Assembly (NCBI GenBank): GCA_951406725.2
Contig: OX597814.1
Coordinates: forward strand, 222,146,001 to 222,210,000
Origin: Octopus vulgaris
Lineage: Eukaryota
Reading direction: 5' to 3'
Length of the DNA: 64,000 bases
The translations under genes and the position numbers were made by a program. Below the pieces are notes generated by a model. The model worked only from the letters and a program-made list of their open reading frames with translations. It was not told the DNA's origin and made no database searches. Below are positions 58,112 through 64,000 of the stretch, piece by piece. Position 1 is the stretch's first letter, and the number at the start of each line of letters is the position of its first letter.

Positions 58112-58242
58112 TTTTTTTAATAAATTATTTAGTATCTTTGCAAATCCTTTTGAATATGCCGAAAGATATTTATAAATATTTTTGGGTAATATAGCTGCAG
58201 TGTATATTTCTATATTATGTCTTTTGTATACACGCATATCCT
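58112..58242 (-). CDS. Candidate further upstream exon of the same gene
   Basis: catacctgcag|AG GAT...AAA AAA|gtaagt; 131 nt; DMRVYKRHNIEIYTAAILPKNIYKYLSAYSKGFAKILNNLLKK; phase-0 end matches the phase-0 start at 56033. Confidence 0.5.
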
Positions 58243-61027
58243 CTGCAGGTATGCATGTATAAGTACAAAAATACACTAACAAAACCAGTCTTTATGATAT
58301 ATTTGAATAGAGCATCTCATTATTTTACATTCACTTTCCGTTACTTACATACATACATTCATATATATATATGTAATAATGAAATCAAACCTGAAAATAT
58401 TTAAGACGTTTTCAGATCTGCATAATATATAATAGGAAATGCATTCCTATGCACTTGTACATGTATAGATATACATACATGTGTGCCGGTGTATGTATAA
58501 TATAAATTGTTAATTTTTAACCTAATGAGATCTCAAATCACATGTGTATTATTTCCTTTTCATTGAGTGGATGAAGTTTCAAATACTCACACTGGCTGAT
58601 TATTTAAATTTCGTTCGAGAGCAAACTCACCAGTCACTTTAGGCTGCTACATAGTCTAACTTTTAAGTTCTTGATCCATGCAACAAAACTGGGGACAACT
58701 TCATACTCGATAATTTATGAAATATTATACATGTATTTCAATTTCATTTCCAGCACCATGTATAAAAATTGCTCATTATTTTATATTATTTCTTGATTTT
58801 TATATTTTAAAATTTCACGTGATATGTATAACTAATCAGTAACATTGTTACGATGGCATTTTGATTCAAGCAGATTATATTCTATATTAGGTTAAGCATA
58901 TAATTAGTGCCAATTATCAGCAGGTAAAATAATATTTTGCCACCACTTGGGAAAAATCCCAGAAATCTCTATCCCAATTAGAAACAGAAAATGCAGTTTG
59001 CTGATGGTCATGGAGGTCATCAAAAATTTATGGTGCAGCAGTCGAGTAGCTCTTTGTGCAATTTTAAACTGAAAACTTGAATCTGCTAGGAAAGTTTTTA
59101 AAGGCGTGAGTGGAATTCAGAAGGGTAAAGTTATTTAGAAGCATCATGTGGTGGATAAATATGAATACGATAAGCAGTAGATAAAGATGCTTTAATCGAG
59201 CTATGTAATTTCGAAATCTTTGTCAAACAGGATACAAAATATATCGAAAATACATTACTTATCCATGCTGATCATTTTCAGTTAATCTTCATAGTCAATG
59301 CACACAGAACTAATAAAGTTTTTCATACAGAATACCGTTACACTATACTTTTCATTGAGCAATAAATAAAGTATACTAGAATTTAAATAAAAAAAATAAA
59401 TTGCCGATTTTGAGTTTGTGTTTGTAAGACTTTGGTAATAAATATTAAAATTTTTCTAATGCAGCTCATTAAAACATACATAGCATCTTTATTTTTTAAA
59501 GTTTAAAAATCATCAAAGAATTAACATGCTAACACTATTCTTTTGCATGAGCTTTCAATTATTATATATTTAAAATTGTTTTTGTATGAATTATATTAAA
59601 AGGCATGATAAATATAACATCACTGTATCGAAACCCATGAACGTTGCAAAGAAATTATGTAATCACATGAATATATACATGATGTGCCGCCCATTAACCT
59701 GGGTTTACATCACCTACATGTTTGATAGAAAAAAATCTGTGCTTTCTCTATCTTGAATCAAAAGCTTAGACAAGTCTCCTCAGAAACAATTTAACATGAA
59801 TTATTCAAGTGGGCCGAAAATAAGTCAATCCTATGTAAACGTTTATGCTATGTATTTCTTGACCGAATATTTTTCATAATTAACGTGTTAAAGAAATTGC
59901 TAAACAGTATATAGTGTTCTGATGATTAGGGGCACTACTAATTAATGATTTAATCATTACTATTTACAGAAATACCACCAAAGGGTTGTTCAAACAATAA
60001 TCATAAAGTATGTGATTGTTTAAACTGTAAGTTACTAAATGTCTAGTAATGTTAATACATGACTGGTGCAGTTCATGGCCGTTACTAACAGACCTTTTGT
60101 TGGTGTGCTCTGCTGAGATCTAAACGACATTGTAGAAAGCATTAAAATTCTTACTTTTGTAAAATAGTTAGATACACTCTTGCTTTCTGTTGGATATTAT
60201 ACTGACGTGCTGTAAAATGACGACTGACATGTTATTTTACATTAAATTAAAAGAACACGCAGAATATAATAAAATCTGTGATTAACTTTCATGAAATAAT
60301 TCCATACCATCAAAGGAATAATACAGATACCTAAAAGTTCATTATTAGGAGCAGTAAAAAACAAGATAATTAAAAGTAATCAAACAAGCAGAAAGTGAAT
60401 AAATGAAAACAGAAAATAAGCATAGAATCTCTTTGAGGGACTAACAATTGCTTCTTCACCTTTATTAAATGTTTTCTGGTTTTCCTTCTGTATACCATTA
60501 TCTAACTTAATTATCCCTATCATGCATTTGTATTATATCAGGTTTTTTCTTTCTTTTAATTTTTAATCATGTCAATTAATGTAACTAAAATATATTGAAT
60601 AATTTTTTTATATTAAAAAATATAATTATTGAAACAGTCACGCATATACTGTACTACATTGGTGAGGCTCACAAAATACCAATCATAAATAACATATATG
60701 TATTTTAATTAAATGTAAAGACCAGATTGTCAATGATAAAAGATAACAGATCATTCAATATATTTATTCTGAAGATTTTCTCCCCGTTTCTAATTGTTGT
60801 CATCTTTTCCATTTGCCAACTAAATTGCAATGCAATACAATTCAGTGAGTACAGCATTCAGGACATGAAATATTATCTTAATGCTGGTACACGCCATTGG
60901 TAGTCTGGAGTGTGTACTTCATGTTTTACGTCATATATACGTCATCATACAAACGCAAACATATATTAATATGTGTGTGTATGCATGTATGTATATATAT
61001 ATGTATACATATATGCATATATATATA

Positions 61028-61145
<118 letters not shown>

Positions 61146-61165
61146 ATCTTATATATGTGTGTGTG

Positions 61166-61203
<38 letters not shown>

Positions 61204-61339
61204 CACACACACATATATGAGATACACATAAGGAAATAACTTTATTCTCAAACGCAGGCTAATGCTATTAATATAGCTTGAACAGGATAAACTATTCATA
61301 TTTTGCAGAAAACTCTGTCGGTGGTCAGTCATGAGACTC

Positions 61340-62208
61340 TAACTCACATCCCTTCTTTTAGTTTTCAAAATTAAAATAAACAAAGTTCTTTTTTAATCTA
61401 AAATATACTCTCCTACAGTTTCTCCAATGCTTTTCTATCTATCTGGTATACTTGCAAGGCCCTTCTTCCAAAATTCCCTTGTCCGTGACGAAAAATAATC
61501 CTCCAGTACTCTTCTGATCTCGTCTACAGAATTCATATATTATCCGTCCGAATGATGTTGAAGATTACGGAATAAATGATAATCAGATAGGGAAATGTCC
61601 TGCGAATATGGTGGATGAGGCATCATTTCTCATTCAAACTGCTCCAGCCTTTGGAATGTCATCCTCATTATAAGTGGCCTACCATTATCTTGATGGAAGA
61701 GCATCTGCTGTCTTGAAACCAAAGATGGTCATTTTTTTTCCAGTGCTAACTTAAGCCGCTCAAGCAGCTCGCAGTAGTTCTGCTTTATTACAGTTTGGTT
61801 TGGGTTTAAAAGTTCAAAGCATACTAAACCTTTCATATCCCACCAAACAGATAACAACACATTACCTGGGTGAAGACTTTTTTAGTCTGGGGTGCCGGTG
61901 TTTCTCCTTTCCCTACACACTGATGTCGGCATTTGACATTTTTATAGAGAACCAATTTCTCGTCACCATTCACTATTTGGTAAAAAAGTTCATTCCTGAG
62001 AGGTGATAGCAAAGAAGAGCACACATCTACTCTCAGCGCGTGATTAGACTCGGACATTTTGTGAGGAACGCAGTTTGCTGACTATTCCGATGCCACGTAG
62101 GTATCCAATCAGTCATCAACACCTACGTAGCATTGGAATAGACTGATTGAAGGAGCAAACTGAAATTTCTCTGCTAGTTCCTCAACAGTTCCGATGGAAT
62201 TTTTACAT
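61340..62208 (-). pseudogene. Degenerate mariner transposase (second family)
   Basis: TVEELAEKF, IVNGDEKLVLYKNVKCR, PHPPYSQDISLSDYHLFRNLQHH; many disruptions. Confidence 0.85.
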
Positions 62209-62214
62209 TTCATG

Positions 62215-63865
62215 TCCTAATACATCTCCTGCTGTGGCTGTGTAGTCCTATCCTGGACAAACACTCCTTCTGGCAGATACCGTAAATGTAACGAAGACTT
62301 TGCCTGGCTGGTTGTAATGTCATAGTTTCTTGTTGACGTCTTTTCTTGTCTTTCCATTTCTCCTCTCTCCCCCTGTCACTCCTTTGTGTTCCCTCTTCTT
62401 TCGTGCGTCACCAATCTCCACAGTTACTGGCAACTGCTTCCCAGTTGCAAATATTGATGTCGCAGGTCTTCATGTCCCTTTTGCAAACATCCTTGTATCG
62501 TAAGAATGGTCTTCCCACAGACTCAGTGCCCCTAGCAAGCTCTCTGTAGAGTATGTCCTTGGGTATTCTGCCATCTCCCATACGATGTCCAAGCCATCTC
62601 ATACGTCTATGTGTGAGGAACGCAAACATGCTTGGTATTACTGCTTTCTTGAGGTCATCTTTGTTGGGGACACGATTCTGCTATTTGATGCCAAGGATTT
62701 TCCGGAGGCAGGTGAAAGATATTTAAGCGACGCTCTTGGCGTGTGTATGGTGTCCAGATCTCACTGCTAAGTACACATGCCTGGTAAACCTTCATTTTTG
62801 TGTTGTTGGTCAGCTTAATGTTGTCCCATGCCCGTTTGGAGAGTTGGGCCATCACAGCAGCTGCCTTGCCAATGCGTATATTGAGCTCGTCATCAAGGGA
62901 TAGGTTGTAGGTGACGGTAGAGCCAAGATAGGTAAATTTCTCCAACTCCTGTAGTCTGTGGTCTCCAATATGTATGTTTGGGATGTCCGATGTAGCCTGA
63001 CCTATGATGTTGGTCTTCTTGAGGCTGATAACTAAGCCAAAGTAGCTACATGCTTGCTCAAAGCAGTTGATGAGCATTTGCAGAGCTTCTTCTGTGTGTG
63101 ATACCAGAGCGGCATCATCAGCAAAGAGCATCTCCCTGATCAGTACACATCTGATTTTGGTCTTGGTACACAGACGTGAGAGATTGAACAGTTTCTCAGT
63201 TTCCCGTCACTTCTACTGTGCAGAAACACTCCGTCATCTGATGTCTCAAAGGCATGTGACAGCAGCAGCGAGGAAAAGATGCCAAATAATGTAAGAACAA
63301 GGACACAGACTTTCTTTAGCACGTTCTTTTTTTGGAAGGCGGCTGATGTTGAACCATCGTGCTGTGTGGCGCCTTGCATATCATCATAGAAAGATCTTAT
63401 GATCCTCAGCAGCTTTGGTGGACATCCGATTTTTTGGAGCAGGATGAAGAGGCCTTTTCTACTTACCAAGTCAAAGGCCTTTGTCAGATCAATGAAGGCC
63501 ATATATAATGGCATTTTCTGCCCTCTGGACTTCTCCTGAAGTTGGTGTATGGAGAATATCGTGTCAAAAGTTGATCTGCTTCTTCAAAAGCCACACTGCG
63601 ATTCTGGATAAATTCGAGAAGCAAGCGGTTGTAGCCTGGACAGGATAACGCGAGCAGAAGACTTTCCAACAGTGCTGAGAAGAGATATTCCACGGTAATT
63701 GTTACAATCACCACGGTCACCTTTGTTTTTGTATAGCGTAATTATGTTAGCATCCCGCATATCCTGAGGGATTCTATCCTCTTCCCAGCACTGACACAGA
63801 AGCTCATGAAGGTGCTAAAGCAGAGCGGTGTTTTTGCCGGCTCTGATGATCGCTGAGGGGATGTC
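62215..63865 (-). mobile_element. RTE (BovB-like) LINE, RT to C-terminus, frameshifted
   Basis: DCNNYRGISLLS, YPESQCGF, FIDLTKAFDLVSR, MLFADDAAL, FTYLGS, RWLGH, and terminal CQKECLSRIGLHSHSRRC. Confidence 0.92.
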
Positions 63866-64000
63866 GTTAGGTAGTAGGTTGCGATTTTCTTCACTATTTC
63901 AGTGAGTGACGACCCTGCCTGACATGAGTCCCGGGCTCAGCTGGCTCCGGCTGACAGTACCCGGTATGGGCCCCTATCCAGGGTTACGGAAAGGAGACAA

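Noticed and set aside
60155-60209. 55-nt candidate exon (RQYNIQQKARVYLTILQ)
   Set aside because: Good splice signals, but its phase-2 end does not fit the phase-1 start at 58242; the only bridging exon found needs an implausible 35-nt intron.

Overview
AT-rich, microsatellite-saturated eukaryotic DNA. The SINE families, Dong/R4 and RTE LINEs and (TA)n/(TACA)n/(TAA)n load resemble an octopus (coleoid cephalopod) genome; that is an inference from recall, not a database match. Almost all listed ORFs are microsatellite translation noise. Real content: (1) a ~353-nt, terminally redundant, highly base-paired element at the window start with a complete type I hammerhead ribozyme (retrozyme-like; the most interesting feature); (2) a same-strand stack of at least 7 Dong/R4-type restriction-endonuclease retrotransposon pieces separated mostly by (TAA)n (9.2-15 kb); (3) many tRNA-headed SINEs of several families, some nested; (4) a non-autonomous Helitron, a pogo/Tigger-type MITE, a full-length dead mariner, other mariner remnants, RTE and CR1-like LINE fragments, and Penelope-like minimal hammerhead remnants; (5) three phase-compatible minus-strand exons (58.2 to 51.2 kb), the last encoding the start of a CUB domain; (6) a probable assembly-consensus chimera near 38-39.4 kb. 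Boundaries of degenerate repeats are approximate.
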